Of a stretch of 64,000 bases of DNA, positions 1 through 13,880 are shown one piece after another. Position 1 is the stretch's first letter, and each line of letters opens with the position of its first letter. The DNA comes from Camelus dromedarius (taxonomy: Eukaryota), in contig NC_087436.1 of the NCBI RefSeq assembly GCF_036321535.1, forward strand, positions 25,670,001 to 25,734,000, read 5' to 3'. Under the pieces are notes generated by a model. That model ran no database searches. It had not been told where the DNA came from and saw only the letters and a list, made by a program, of their open reading frames with translations. Made by a program: the position numbers and the translations under genes.

Positions 1-359
1 TCTAGTGACACAGTATTGAGATGGCAAAGTATAAATGCGATCAGTTCAACATCTGTGCTCTAGAACTTCTTAATTTTAGAAACAGAAAGGAGATCATTCC
101 TTTTACCTGCACTCAAAGTCAAAAATCTTGGCTCAGTAATTAAGCAATGGATTAAAGTGAAATATCTGTGAGCCCCTCTGCATTCTCTTTTTAATATCTA
201 TTCCTGTTTCTTTTCCTTCTTCCTCTTCCTCCTCTGTCTCTTAGTCCTCCTTTGTCTTCCTGCCCTGCTGCTGTTGCTATTCCCCCTCTGCCTCCATCTT
301 AGATACCAATGGAGAAACGGATATGAGGGAGATTATACCGGCAGTTTCTCTGATCCGAA

Positions 360-636
360 GCCCTCCTTGGCTGATGGCAGTGTAACTCTAATCTTTACCT
401 TCACCTTCACATGCCCTCCCTGTTTCAGTCTTACTGTGGGGTTTTTCTTATAAGGCACCAGCCACTGAACTTAGCACCCACCCTAAATCCAGGACGATGT
501 CATCTCAAGATCCTTAACTTAAATCTGCAAAGGTCCTGTTTCCAAATAAGGTCACATTCACAGATACTGGGGGCTAGGACTTGGACATTTATTTTCTTTT
601 GCTTGTCAGTGGGAGGAACACAATTTAACACAAAAC
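360..636 (-). mobile_element. MLT1-type (ERVL-MaLR) LTR fragment
   Basis: Typical MLT1 motifs: ttcttataagg, catctcaagatccttaacttaa, tttccaaataaggtcacattcacagatactggggg. Boundaries approximate. Confidence 0.75.
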
Positions 637-1340
637 GGCAAGTAATAACAAAATACTAAAAGATAAGCCTTTTTCTAAGTGCTGCTTTACTAGTTAGGTT
701 TTTACTTCCCCCTGAAACAGTTCTCATGTCATAAACACCAGTACTTACATTAACCAGAACCTGCCAGAGAAATGCACTTTGGGCACACTTCATCCACAGA
801 TTCAAAGAGAAAAAAAAAAAAAAAAAAAAAGGAGCAGGGAAACAAAACCCCTAAAGCTTAGATGCTCTTCTTAGCCATTGATTCAAAAAGTGTACGTGGA
901 TAAATTCTCAGAAATCTCAAAAATAAAATATCCATGGATAAATTGTCAGAAATAAATCATATTTATTCTGTACATATTCCTACCTTAATCTCCAAAGAAC
1001 TTGAAAGGCCTTGCAAAAATAATGTCAGACAATAAACTTAAATGAAGAAAAGCAAAACAATTCAAAAGCAGAACATGGATGTTTGAATATGACTAGAAAG
1101 TCAACAAAAGGGAAAAATAAGCTGATCATACATATGTTTTTTTCTTGTTTATGACCCTAAACGTTCTATATTTATGTTTGAATACTGAGTTAGCTCTTAG
1201 ATTTCTAGCAGTAAAAAGAGAATCAGTGTAATTAGCTATCAAACTTTTCAAGAGGAAAGTATTACTTCTCTCTCATCATGTAGTTATGCAAGTGGCTGAT
1301 CAAGTGGAAACTTAATGTAGAGAGGCACACATTTTCCAGA

Positions 1341-2150
1341 ATTTTTTTCCATAGAAGGCAGAAGAATAATTTATTCTAAAAGATGGCAGAAATAAGAAAT
1401 CCATCCTGGAAATAAAGTTTGGTATAAGTCTGTTGGGACAGATCTGCCCTCTGAACATGTTCTCCTGTTGACTGCCTCACTGGAGTCTTGTACCAGTTCT
1501 TAAACTCTTTGCTGATTCCCCTGTTGTGAGCAGCCAGGAGCCATCCTCACATCCACAGGTTCCAAGTAGAGAGTAAAGTATTTCTTGGAAGAATAGCACT
1601 TTTGATTTCAGAAGAGTATATAAATGTTTTGTGGAGTTAGCACGGTTTAGGTTAATAGGCACATAACTCATCAGAGGGTAACAAAAGGTGACAGGAAAAA
1701 ATACTGCATTTTTGTAGAATACGATATTCAAATGTGGTATGAACATTTAAGGCAGCTGATAGACAAAATAGGTGAGTCAAGGAAGGTGATTTTGGCATGG
1801 AGACAATTTTGTATTGAGAGGGATTTCTTCATGACCTCAATTACTGTGCATTGGAAAGCAGGCCTTCTTCCTCAAGGCCAGTGATGCTAAGATTGTTTCA
1901 CTTTTCAACTGTGGTCCAAAGAGAGGGTTGAGTTGGGCCAGAACTGTAATCAGCCAAGAGAGATAGCAGCAAACTGAACAGGTCACCAACATGGTAATGA
2001 TGATAACCTGGTTGGGACCCTTGGGGATGAACCAGGGCACCAGGAAGCAGAAGATGCCTCAGAACATGCTCATCACCATGAGAGGAGGGCATCACCAGGT
2101 GGCTGACATACATCATGGTTTTCACAGGAGCTGCCAACCCCTGCCTGTGA
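1341..2150 (-). pseudogene. ATP6V0E1: Processed pseudogene of V-ATPase subunit e1 (part of 5'UTR, CDS 2116->1872, whole 3'UTR)
   Basis: Minus-strand translation [51 protein letters not shown]...HWP* matches remembered ATP6V0E1. No introns. Premature TGA at the Trp codon (2059-2061), frameshifting indels near both ends, 3'UTR-like sequence down to AATAAA (1375-1370) and an A7 remnant (1348-1342). Confidence 0.93.
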
Positions 2151-2479
2151 CCAAAGCTGCCTTGCTTTGGTCAATTTATCAAAATCTTAAAAGTGAATAC
2201 AGTAATAGTGCTCATATGGCAGGTTTTTCCAAAAAATAAAAAGTTTATAAAGGCAAAAAGGCAGTGTTAAAATCCAACTAAGAGAAAGAAGATGAATCTA
2301 AAGAGAACTAAGGTAATTTTTTCAGGCTTAATCCAATTTTAGTGAAGCATGTAGGGGAGAATGTGAGTTTGTATCTTTCCAACTCATTCATAAATAGCCT
2401 TTTTTTATCTTTTTTGGCTTTTGGAGGGTGTTGTCTTGAGATAGTGGTACCCATCAATGAAGGCAGTATGGTCTACTAG

Positions 2480-3062
2480 TGTATTAGTTTCATATTGCTG
2501 CTATAACAAATTTAGTGGCTTAAAACAACACAGATTTATTATATAATAACATATTTCCGTAGGTGGTGGGTTTCAGTGGGTGTGGATGTCTCATTGTTTA
2601 GAAGTCAGGTGAGCTGGGCTAATTCCTCTGCTTAGTCTCATAAGGCTGAAATCTAGGTGTCAGCAGCTCTTTGTCCCTTGCTGGAGGCTCTAGGTGAGAA
2701 TCCATTTGCTGGCTTCTGTAGGGTACTGGTGAAGTCTAGTTTCATGCAGTTGTAGGACTGCTTGTCAGTATGGCTTGTTCCCTATTTCCAGAGGCCACCA
2801 CATGTTCCTTGACTCTTGTCCTTTTTGTCTTCAAAGACATGAGTGGTGGGTAGGTCTTTCTCATGTCTCTATTCTCCTGCCTCTTCTGCTTATAAAGGCA
2901 AGTGTGATTACATTGGGTGGTACTACATTGGGCCCATGATAATCTTAATTTAAAGTCAGCTGATTAGCAATCTTAATTCCATATGCAAAGTTCCTTTTGT
3001 CATGTAAGGTAACATTCACACCAGGGGATGGAGATCTTAGAGACCAAAATCCTGCCTACCAT
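2480..3062 (-). mobile_element. MLT1-type (MLT1D/E-like) solo LTR
   Basis: Starts tgtattagtttt..attgctgctataacaaat..gtggcttaaaacaacacagatttatt and ends ..cctgcctacca. Confidence 0.8.
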
Positions 3063-4724
3063 GGTAATTTTATATTTTTACTTTAATGATAGAGCATAAT
3101 TTTAAGAACCAAGTGAATAGAAGATGAGTTTGTAAACCTTCATGGAAAGCTGAGAAGCTTAATCTGGTCTCCATTACCATTCTGCAACTAACAGAATACC
3201 TAAAAGCAAAACCAGCACTTATTTTTTAAGACATTTTTTCTTTTTCTTTTCTTTTTTTCTTTTTGTCCACTTCAACATGTGAATCATTGCTTGAGTTCCT
3301 CAAGTCTTACTCAGTGGTGCATGACCGATATGGTTTTAGGCTGAAAAAATTTTAATGTCATGTCATTAGTTAACCATTACAACCCTAGAAAAGCCTTAAT
3401 GATGCTTTCAAAAATGGTCAATTTGGGCAACGTAGCTTTCAATACTTCCATCAAACTGAATTAATTACAATATAGCATATATAAATAAAACTAGTAATTT
3501 GCTTTGGCGAACAGTTGTCAAAATGATATGTAAGCTTTAGAATAAAGGATACTAAGCTAATGTTTTTGAGAGTATCTATATTTTTATACTGGCTTTTTTT
3601 TAAGGCTTTAAATTCGTTGGTATTCTTTGCAAGTATTTTAATAAATGCATAAATTTCTCCAATAATGTTATTTTCTTACCCAGTTATTTATTTGGGTGCA
3701 TTTTAAATTGTTTATTTTCAAATGTACACTATATTAAAATTAATTTTCATTTTCCAGCAGTTTTTCCCCCTTTTTTAATATTCTGTATTCTTTGCTTGTG
3801 ATACATTTAAAGATATGAGATTACTTGCTCCAAGTGGAATGAGAGAGACTTTCTAGTTGTTTTTCAAAAAGAAATCCATCGATATTATCACGAGTGATGT
3901 AGTAGGATCATCAATTTCACTGTATCTTACCAATATACTATTATCATTTTTTGAACTTTTGCCAACTTTGAAAAAGTGTCTTTATTTATGGTAAACTTAA
4001 GTTTCTAACTCTTTAACCTTATTTTCATGCATCTTTTCTGTCTTTTTCTATTTAAAAAAAAATCAGGATTCTGAGAACAGAGATAAGAATAGATGGTTTC
4101 CTTGGGGAATTATATAAAAATATCTGCCTTATACTAAAAATAGTTACACAACCCAAAGGAAGTTGGTCCATTCAGGCTTAGAAATGACTAAATTAAACAA
4201 TGTTTGTCACAGCCTGAATTTTTAAAGAACTATTCTTTATATTAAAAAAAGGGCTTTTTTTTTTTCATATCTTAATCTACACAATGATGCTGAAAGAATG
4301 AGATAATGGCTCTAAAAAGCTTTTGATTCCTATTATAGAAATAACCACATAAAAGTATGCTATTATTATTTTGTTTTACATTTAGCTAAAATAAAATTAT
4401 TACCTAAGGATTTTCTTCTTCACTGCTTGATTTAAACCTAAAAAGTCTAGCTTCTTTTTCATTTGTTTATTTTCCTCTCAAAATCATAAAATATCTAAGG
4501 ATTAATTTTTATAATAACATACACAAAAATAAAAATCTTGGTTTTTCATTAATTCATTCATTTGTACATCAGATGTCTTTTTCTACATTTAATATATAAA
4601 CACAAAAGTTGATTTAATAACAACTATAGAATATTAAGTGTTTTTGAAGTATATTTAAACTGTCACTCAGTATACTCATCGCTTGTTTCCATAAAGTCAA
4701 GTATGAATGGTTATCATGGATTTT

Positions 4725-5795
4725 GAAAAAAAAATTTACTTGAGAATAATTTTAAATTTATAGAAAAATTTCAAAGGTAACACAAATAATTCCCATATAC
4801 TGAAACTTAGTTTCTGCTCTTATTAACTAGTATGGTACATTTATAAGAACTAATAAACCAACCAATATTGATAAATTATTAACTAAAGCCAATTTTTTTT
4901 TTTAATATTTCTTTAGTTTTTGCCTAGTGTCCTTTTTCTATTACAAGATCCCTTCTAAGATACCACTATACCTTTAGTCAGCCTTGTCTCTTTAGGCTCC
5001 ACTTGATTGAGATATTTTCTCAGACTTTTTTTGTTTCTGATAAGCCTGATATTTTGGAGGAGTATTAGTTGGGTATCTTGTAGAATGTTCATCAATTGGT
5101 ATTTGTCTAATATTTTTTCTCATGATGAGACTGGGGTTCTGGGGAGGAAGACCACAGAGGCAAAGTATCAAAGTACCATCACATCATATCAAGGCCACAT
5201 ATTATAAGATTTATCATCACTGATGTTAATCTTGATCACCTGACTAAAGTAGTGTTTGTCAGTTTTTTCCACTGTAAAGTTATTCCTTCCTTTTTCATTC
5301 ATACTCTACTCATTAGAAGAAAGACACTATGAGCACCCCACATTCAAGAGGTATTAATTCTTTACCTCCTTGAGAGTAGAGTATCTACAGAAATCATTTG
5401 GAATTCTTCTGCAAGGGAGATTTGTTTCTTTTCCCCCCATTTATTTACTCATTCACTTATTTCTTTATAGTAGTTTAGATTCATGAATATTTGTTTTATA
5501 TTTTGGGCTATAATCCAATACTACGTTATTTATTTTGTTGCTCAAATTGTTCTTTGGCCTTTCAGAACTCTTTTAATTGGTACCTGTGTACCTTTGACAT
5601 ATCCCCATCAGTGTAAGGATTTCTTGTTTGCTTTTGCTATTTGAGTACCTCCTTATTTGGGGGCACTATAAGATAGTCTGGGTCATCTTGTATATTCTCT
5701 GCCCTAGCCCCAGATTCAGTCATTTTAACAAGTAGCCCTAGTTCCTTTTATTGAAGAATGATATTAGAAATCAAGAATTGAGTGCTAGGTGCCCT
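4725..5795 (-). mobile_element. Old L1 (L1MC-like) 3' region
   Basis: tttacttgagaataattttaaatttatagaaaa..., gggaggaagaccacagaggcaaagt..., ttagaaatcaagaattgagtgctaggtg are L1MC 3'UTR-like motifs. Confidence 0.7.
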
Positions 5796-6189
5796 GGGCT
5801 ATTTTTGATATCTAAGTTTGTCCTACAGGCAGAAACTCTTAAGACCATTCTCCCATGTGTATCTTAGATTAAGTCCCAAAAGTGTTCCTCTGATGCATGT
5901 TTCTGGCTCTGAGCACACAGGCTGCCAGTCAACAAGAGTGCGATGGTGACTTTATGATCATCTGACACTGCCAGTCATGAATATATGTTGGTGCATCAAG
6001 TTTATAACGTCCCAGTGTTGTCCTTTTCTTTCTGCACCATAACATGGATTAATGATTAGAATGAAGAGCTAATATTGCTGACTACGTATCTCACTCAGCT
6101 ATCTCCCAGGCACCTCACTCTGGCGCCAGGTACCAGAATAGCCACAACTTCTAGTCCTGGCCAAACCCACAGCAGAATCACTTACTATG

Positions 6190-6669
6190 CCACAATCTAC
6201 CCCATTTATTTTATTGAGCAAAAATTGATTGAGAATTGACCTTGATCCAAACACTATTCTAAGCACTTTGAATATAGTGTTGAACATAACAGAGGGGGCC
6301 CCTATGCCCTACACCATGGTGAAGATAGGCAAAAGCAAGTAAACAAAGAAACATACAAGAGAATTTCAACAAATGGTAAATATCATTAAAACAACAGTGT
6401 CTTTTTTATGTTCAGGAAAGGTGACATTTGAACTGAGACCTGAGTGACAGGAGGGATTCAACCAAATAAAAATGTTACAGACGGGAATTCTAGGAAATAA
6501 GCAGAGCAAGTACAAATAAGTAGAGCAAGCTTGATGTATTCAAGGACCAGATTAAAGGCCAGTGGGACCAGCTAGATACAGAAGTGAAAAGTAGCACAAA
6601 ATGGGGGAAGTTAAGCAGAAAGAGAACGATTTCACATGTGATTGTCAAAAAGTCTGGAATCTATTCTAC
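6190..6669. mobile_element. L2 fragment, interrupted by a young L1 3' end
   Basis: L2 motifs: catttatt..attgag..aaacactattctaagcac, aaggtgacatttgaactgagacctga, aaggccagtg. The L2 resumes after about 7044. Confidence 0.65.
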
Positions 6670-6678
6670 AAGTAATTG

Positions 6679-7034
6679 GTCACTTATATGTAGAATATTT
6701 TAAAAAATGACACAAATGAACTTATTTGTCAAACAAACAGACTCACAGACATAGAAAACAAATTTATAGTTACTAGGGGGAAAAGGGGAAGGGTGGAGGG
6801 ATAAATTGGGAGTTCAGAATTTGCAGATACACACTACTATATATAAAACAAACAACGAGGCCCTACTGTATAGCACAGGGAACTATATTCAATATTTTGT
6901 AGTAACCTATAATGAAAAACATGAAAAGGAATATATATAAAAATATATGTATGTAAAACTGAAACACTATGCTACGCACCAGGAATTAACACATTATAAA
7001 CCGACTATAGTTCAATTAAGAAAAATAAAAAATA
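6679..7034 (+). mobile_element. 5'-truncated L1 3' end with A-rich tail and TSD
   Basis: cagactcacagacatagaaaacaaa..gcacagggaactatattcaata..caccaggaatt..actatagttcaat plus A-rich tail. Flanking aagtaattg (6670-6678) / aagtaatcg (7035-7043). Confidence 0.85.
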
Positions 7035-10000
7035 AAGTAATCGAACACAATGGATGGTATTAAGATATCAAATGTGTAGCTATTATAATTTATCTAGCTC
7101 TTATGATATGCCTTGTACTATTTTAATGACTATGTATATCTTTTCAGGCATTACTTGAAATAACACTATGAGGTAGGTATTAATAATTTCATTTATGTTT
7201 TAGGAAATCGTGGCTCAAAAATATTAAGAAATGAAGACGACCTATCTAGTAAGTAGTGGAGCCAACATCTGAACCCTACTAAATTAACAGCTATTCCATA
7301 GACTCAAATTAAAAAGCAAAAACTATGGGTTTAAGCAAGTACACAAAAACTGTTACATATGAAAGAAATATTAAAGAAAAGGATGTATCCAAGGTGGGAT
7401 TTCAAATAATATTAAGCTGATTTTGGCTAGAGTACCCAAAATACTTTGATTCTGCCCTCAGTCAAAACAACTTTACTCACAAAGCCTTTAAGAGGAGTAT
7501 TTGCAGAGGGGAGACAAAACAACAAATTGTTGCTAGCTGGAGTGCTTTCTCAAATCCAAAAAAAAACCTTGTATAAGCTAGATTGGACCATACAAAGTCT
7601 GGAACCAGGCATCAAGAGTTCATCACACTCTTCTACCTGGAGGCTGTGAATAAGTGGAAGCCATTTTCTGGTTCTGTTCTTAGAGCTGCCTACGTTATGC
7701 TTTTCCAGGTAGGCACTTCGCAGGAGCCTTTCTAGGCTTTATAGGAGGAAAAGAGAGGCTAGAGACTATGCCCATGTGTACTCATTCATTTTCTTTGAAA
7801 ATCATACTCTGATAATGTGGTTGAGTCACCACCGTGGCTCCTTCAGGGTGAAGGCAGTTGTCCTTAATGCTGACTTACAATGGGGCTCGGGTTAGACTTG
7901 AACTTCCCAAAGAGCTCAGCACATTCTGTAAATAGATGCTACACATTAAGATACTGAAGATCCTTGCAGTAAGGACACTTGCTCAACTTCTTCAACCCAT
8001 CCTTCCCCCCCAATTTTTTTTTTTTAAATGACAACATTTTCTTTCCTACATGGCACCTAATAACATTCTATAGGAAAGTATGTACCCACATTGAGAATTC
8101 TTGCCTTGGATCACTGACAACAAACCCTGCAGCTTTGTCTCTTGAAGTTAAAGGAAATTCAGGTTTAATAATGCCTTTTCCAGCCAGTGCCGACTTTGAA
8201 CAGAAAGACAGACTCCATAGTTTCACTTTCCCAGAGTAAAGCTATTATTTGTTGATGTTGATTGAGAAATATGATACCTACAGCATGAACTCTGTTTCAA
8301 TTGCCAGAATTTATGTCTTGAGTAAGTGTTGGGAGGAAATGGAAGGAGTGTGGTCACTGTAAGATCTCTGTCACAGTAAGGCCTGAGTGGTTTTTGCTCT
8401 GGGATGTAAAGTGACTTCTAAGAGAACAGGGAAGGAGCAATCGCAAACCCAGGAAAGATGGAAAGTAGTGAGATCACCCCAAATTTAGGATGGCACAATG
8501 GACACTAGTGAAAACAAAAAATACAGCATTCCAGCAGATTAATTTACAGTAAATGGATAGTCATGATACCATGAGGATGATGATAATCTGACGTGGGTTT
8601 TTACAGCTTCGTAAACAGAACTTTAATTCTTAAATTTCTCTTATAAAATTAAACTACATGGAATCTTCTGTTATTCATATCTAGCAATATCCTTTGACAA
8701 AATAATTTCAAAATAGTAAGTATCATGCCCTCTTACCTCACCTAAACAAAATAGATACCCAAAGTTATTTAAATCTGTAATATCAAATAAAAGAGGGAGC
8801 TTTTTTCTGTCTGAGGATAGATTTTTTTTTACATGAAAGAAGAGTTTACAAAATTGGATTTAAACTAAAAGCTCAGATTTTATTTTCTTTTTCCTTTTCT
8901 GGGGTCTGTTTATTATTTTTGTTTTCAAAACAAAGATAGTAAACATACATATCTCATTAAAGATAAAAAATAAAATTTCTCTGAAAAATATTTATCTGTT
9001 CATTCTCTTTCCATCCTCATACCCTATTTCTCCATCCTTCTCTTCAGTAGCAGAGTATTATGACAAGCATACTCCTATGACACCAAAGTGTATGGTTAAG
9101 ATCTCTGTTTGATTATAATCTGCTAATGGTTTATATCAAAGAATAGGATGAGTGACTTTCAGCAGTTCTACAGTATTCCTTGCATTGGGGTTGAAGTTTA
9201 ACGTTATTTGTTGACCATTTTCCAAAGCACTGTGGCAACTCTTGGCTTATCACATGCATGATTTTGGAATATTTTTGACACTCAATTCAATACGTTTTAT
9301 TTAGATCTTATTTCTAGATTCAGTAAGACCTTCTTGAAATGAGGGATCACTATCTTTTGTCTCAAAAGTACCATCTTCGAAAGTGTTTCACATATATGTC
9401 TCCCATAGAACATCTACTATGGTGATTTTGAGGGACATATTGACATATATTTTTTCTGTAGTATCCTCATATATATCTACACATCTTAAATGTAGATATA
9501 GAGATAAATGTATACATATGTACATTCACATCTGTGTGTGTGAATATGTATGTATTTTTTCAGAAAGTAAGTAAATTTAACTTTTATGATGTTTTTTTTT
9601 CCAATAGATATAGGATAATTATTAAGCAACCACTACATAAAAGTATTGTTTGAGATACTGAATGTTAACAAAGAAGCATGTGGAGGAATTTTAGTAAACT
9701 GATCTTTAGTAAAAACAATTACAAACTTCAAATGCTATGTGAGAAAAAAAAACACTGTGAAATCAAGAATCTTGGTTTGTAGTCAAATAAGAAAAATTAA
9801 AAGTGACAGCAGATGAGGCAGGAGTAACAGTAGCAATAGGTTTATAAAAGAAGACAGAAGTAATTTTTATTTATATTCTTATCTAAATATTTGAGAGCTT
9901 TCCACATTACAATGAGGTTCCAGGGTGGGCCAAAGAAAAATAACCAAATGTTGCAGAATGTAATCAGAATAGAGAGCATATCTTTCTATATTAGGAAATG

Positions 10001-12929
10001 GTCTTGAACACATGCTTATATTAAGAAGTGGATTGTGATCTGGAGTTTACATTAGTTGTACAACCCAAAAGTTGTGGAATTTCCAAGCTGCAAAGCTATG
10101 AAAAGGCTGAGTGCAATGATGAGTGTTAAGGATGTTGTGTGAGAAAGGAAATGGACCCCAAATCCTTGCCGCTCTGCTCCATGGGGATGAGCCTTGAACT
10201 AACACAATGAAACCATGAGTTTACTGCCTGTGGAGGCCTGTTACCTTTTCCATACTCCACGGACACAATTTTTTGCCCTTTCTCTAGACAGTCATTTTAC
10301 AAACCCATGCTATTTGTCACAATAGGGAACAGACAAGGGAAATTATATAAACCTAGAATAATAATGTATCATCAATTGCATTATTTTGTACAAAAGACAT
10401 GACCATATTATTTTTATATTACACATTTTCTTCTGTTTATAAAGAATATCAGGATAGATTCTGGGAAAATATTACTGATACTTGAAATTCTAAATATAAA
10501 CATTAAAAAAATTTTTAATGTTGTATTGGTCCTACTATTTTACACTGTACAAACAGGTTTGTTTTTGTTGTTTTTCATAATAAGAATATAAAAGTTTTTA
10601 TAAAGGAATTCTTGGTTTAATATTATTTGTTTATTAAAAGTAAACATGCTTTGAGTTTATTTCACTCCTGTTCTGTATGCTCTAGGATTAAATCACACAG
10701 CACTATCTTCCTTCCCATACCTTTCAAAACAACATTAAAAGAACATTAATTCATTCAACTGATGGTTATTGGGCCCCTCCAATTCCAGAGACTGAACTGG
10801 TTCCTGATTATTTGGTAATAAACCTAGGCAGGCATAGACCTTGTCTTCAAAGAGCTTACAGTCCAATTCATAAGAAGGATATTTAAACAAAACAAAACAA
10901 AATCTATAAATAGAGTCAACGTAAAATAGTTGAAAATACAGCAAAGGAAGGACCTGGATGGTATGCGACAAGATAGACTATTTTGATATGTAACTATTCC
11001 TTTTATGTACAATATGTTTCATTAAATCTGGATAAGCACAAATCCAGTTACAGCATAAAGATATCACAAATACTCAGGAAGATCACATATTCCATGTGGC
11101 ACCTGACTGTTTCAAATTAAGGCTTTTGAAATATTAAAGGTGATCAAATATTAATACCCCACTGGCATCTATTCTGAAGTTTCCAAGGGTACAGAATAAA
11201 GCACATGCTTCCTTAGTAATGTAAACTTCATTTTACAGCAGAGAACTGCACTGACTTCCTGTTCACATTCAAACACAATTAAGGTGTTGCTTACAATCTG
11301 TGAAGCTTTATTGTCTGAGTCTTCCTTACCTGAGGGACCACTTATCTGCTTTCCACGAAGCAAACTTTGGAGCAGTTCTGCTGACTGTTCCCTGACTCAC
11401 TTCTGAGGGGCTCATGAGGCAGCACTGCTCACGCGGACAGCGTGCACACTGGTGCCCCCGTTCCTCTGCCACTGTGACCCGATCAATAGTCTCAAATGTA
11501 AGAAGACAGAGGACTGCTGTTTAAATAACACTCATAGACAAAGAAAGACGTTTTCATTCTGTCTATTTTTGATAAGTGTCATCTCACCTATCTCTGAGCA
11601 CTGACATATAGTAAGTATATGCAATATTATTTATTAAAATAGATTATTTAAATAATTTGAGAAGCTGTAGTTATTTCCAAAACACTCAAGGCAGAGTAAT
11701 AAATTTGCCAAAAAAAAGAAATTTGCCAACAATCAATTTGTACCAGTGCTAGAAAATAAATGTGTAATGCTAACTATCACATCATAAATCATGATTTACT
11801 AAGAAGGTGCTTTGAGTAACATCTAAAACTAAACTAATATGAGTGACTCTATTGAAGAGATAACTCATATTTTTAAATACCTAAAAATACTGATACTAAC
11901 CAAATTATTATTGTTCTAATGAGTTGGAAAAATTGAAGAGGGAATTCTGAAGTTATATATTAAGTATTATATTATTTGATAAAATTATCTCAAGCACTTC
12001 ATGTCAAGTCCACTAATAATAAAGAAATAAATCAATCTTTTTCTGGTAATACAGGAATTGGTAGAGGTGTGTTTTATTCTTCCAATTATGTGATTCATTT
12101 CTATTAAGTCACTGTGTCTTTCTGTTTCTGTTTATCAAATATAAAGTGATGAGACTACACTACACTATTCTGAACTTTAATTGTGTCACTTTAAGTAAAA
12201 AGTACAATATATAAGTTATCCTTAATGAACAGCAAAAAATACTAGTTCTGTGTCCTTTCCAATGCTGAGAAACTGTAGTATGGTACACAAGCATACTGCC
12301 ATGTTCCAATGGATTGTTTTAATTAATTTGATTAAATTTTTTCTTCACAACTTTGATGACCCTTAGGGACCCTAATTCATGATTATCCTCATTACACACT
12401 TTCTAGAACTCACATTAGTGTAATGCATACTGAGCTGTCCTCTTTTGCTTAAGTAAATAACATTTTTAAAGTGGAGTAACTAAAGTTTCAGGACTACAGA
12501 AAAGAATGTCAGTTTTGGTTTTGTAGGAAGATTTACCTCTCTACTTAATTACCTCCACCATCTACACTATCTCTCTTGAACACAATCAATTTATTTCATG
12601 TCCATGGTTATTGCTTTCAGTACAGTGAAGCATGACAGAGTGAAATGAAACACCAGGAACAAAATGTAAAGGAGGTCAGACTAATACAGAATATAAATGA
12701 TAGGTGGCTGTGCACAGAAGGTGTGTAATGATATTTGTATTTCAGGATTGCTGCCTCAATTCACAACGTGGCTGTACCCATAAAAATCATTAAATCTCGT
12801 TTTCAACTTGCCTATCTGTTTAGAATGCAGCTTAGGAAATAGACAAGTAGAAATTTTTTGCCAAAGGGAAAATAATTCTATTACTGAGAGGTTGGATATA
12901 TGGCATCACAATTGCTGCTGGAGAGCTGG

Positions 12930-13880
12930 AGGAGAGATCTGGTGTCCTCCATTCTCCTCTGTGCCAATAGGTTAGGTTCAAAAGGTTGGCAGGAATCATA
13001 TCTTGTAAAGCGGGGCTGGTCAGAATTAGATTGTGAAACTTAAGCGGAGCCATCCTACAATTGTAGGTACTGGAAAGAAAAGATACACTAACATTTCAGG
13101 GAGATCGATCTCTTTGGCAGAAGATTAATTTTAAAAGAGTCAAAATGGGGCGTGGGAGAGGGTGACCTGTTAGGTGGTGATTATAATTATAACTATGGAG
13201 ATTTCTTTAAAATGATGATAAATGGAATTGTAATAAGTGTAATAATAACATCGGCACACACTGTGAATAAGTCTGTTTTTATCTTCGTTTGACTATGTGG
13301 AAGCTGTGGTACAGAGGAGTTAAATAACTCAGCCTCAGTTATGCAGCTAGCAGGAGGCAGAGCCAGGATGTACACATAGGGAGTCTGACTCTGGATCCCT
13401 CTATATTATACTGTTTCTAAGGTAGGAGATGGTGATAAATAAAAGATTCAAGGGAGATGTGCAGGTAGGACGGATAGAAATTGGCCACTCAAAGGATGTA
13501 GTAAGTGAGGAGGCTCACAGGCTAGATGTATAGATCCGGGACTCATCAGCATCTACTGTGCAACTAATGCTATGGAAGAGAGAGAGTGTGCAGATTAGAA
13601 AAACACTGCATCTAAAAATGGCAGCCTAGGAACCGCCTAGATTTACAATATGTGGGAAGAAAAGGAGCCTGTAATGGTAATTAAAGCAGAAACAATAATG
13701 TCCTAGAAAACAAGGGAGGATGACGTTTCAAGGGGGGGTGCCATCAAGAGAATCAAATTCTGGGGAAAGGATAATAAATACACAGTGAAACCTGCCCATT
13801 GCTTTCCGATTTAATCATAAGGAGGTCACAGATGACCACGGAAAGAATGATTTCTGGGTGGTAGAGACCTGATCCAATCT
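12930..13880. mobile_element. Degraded L2 with an internal MIR (about 13200-13420)
   Basis: L2-like purine-rich motifs (gatccgggactcatcagcatc, aaggaggtcacagatgacc). MIR core gaggagttaaataactc..cagagccaggatg..agtctgactct. Confidence 0.5.

Noticed and set aside
1477..1746. 89-aa minus ORF and neighbouring ORFs at 1898-2239
   Set aside because: Lie in the 3'UTR or alternative frames/antisense of the ATP6V0E1 pseudogene.
10499..10522. 11-bp AT-rich inverted repeat (aacattaaaaa-aa-tttttaatgtt)
   Set aside because: Mostly adjacent A and T runs; expected by chance in AT-rich DNA.
11330..11516. Minus-strand coding exon with one open frame ending at a consensus donor
   Set aside because: Peptide not recognisable and acceptor weak; better explained as a regulatory segment.
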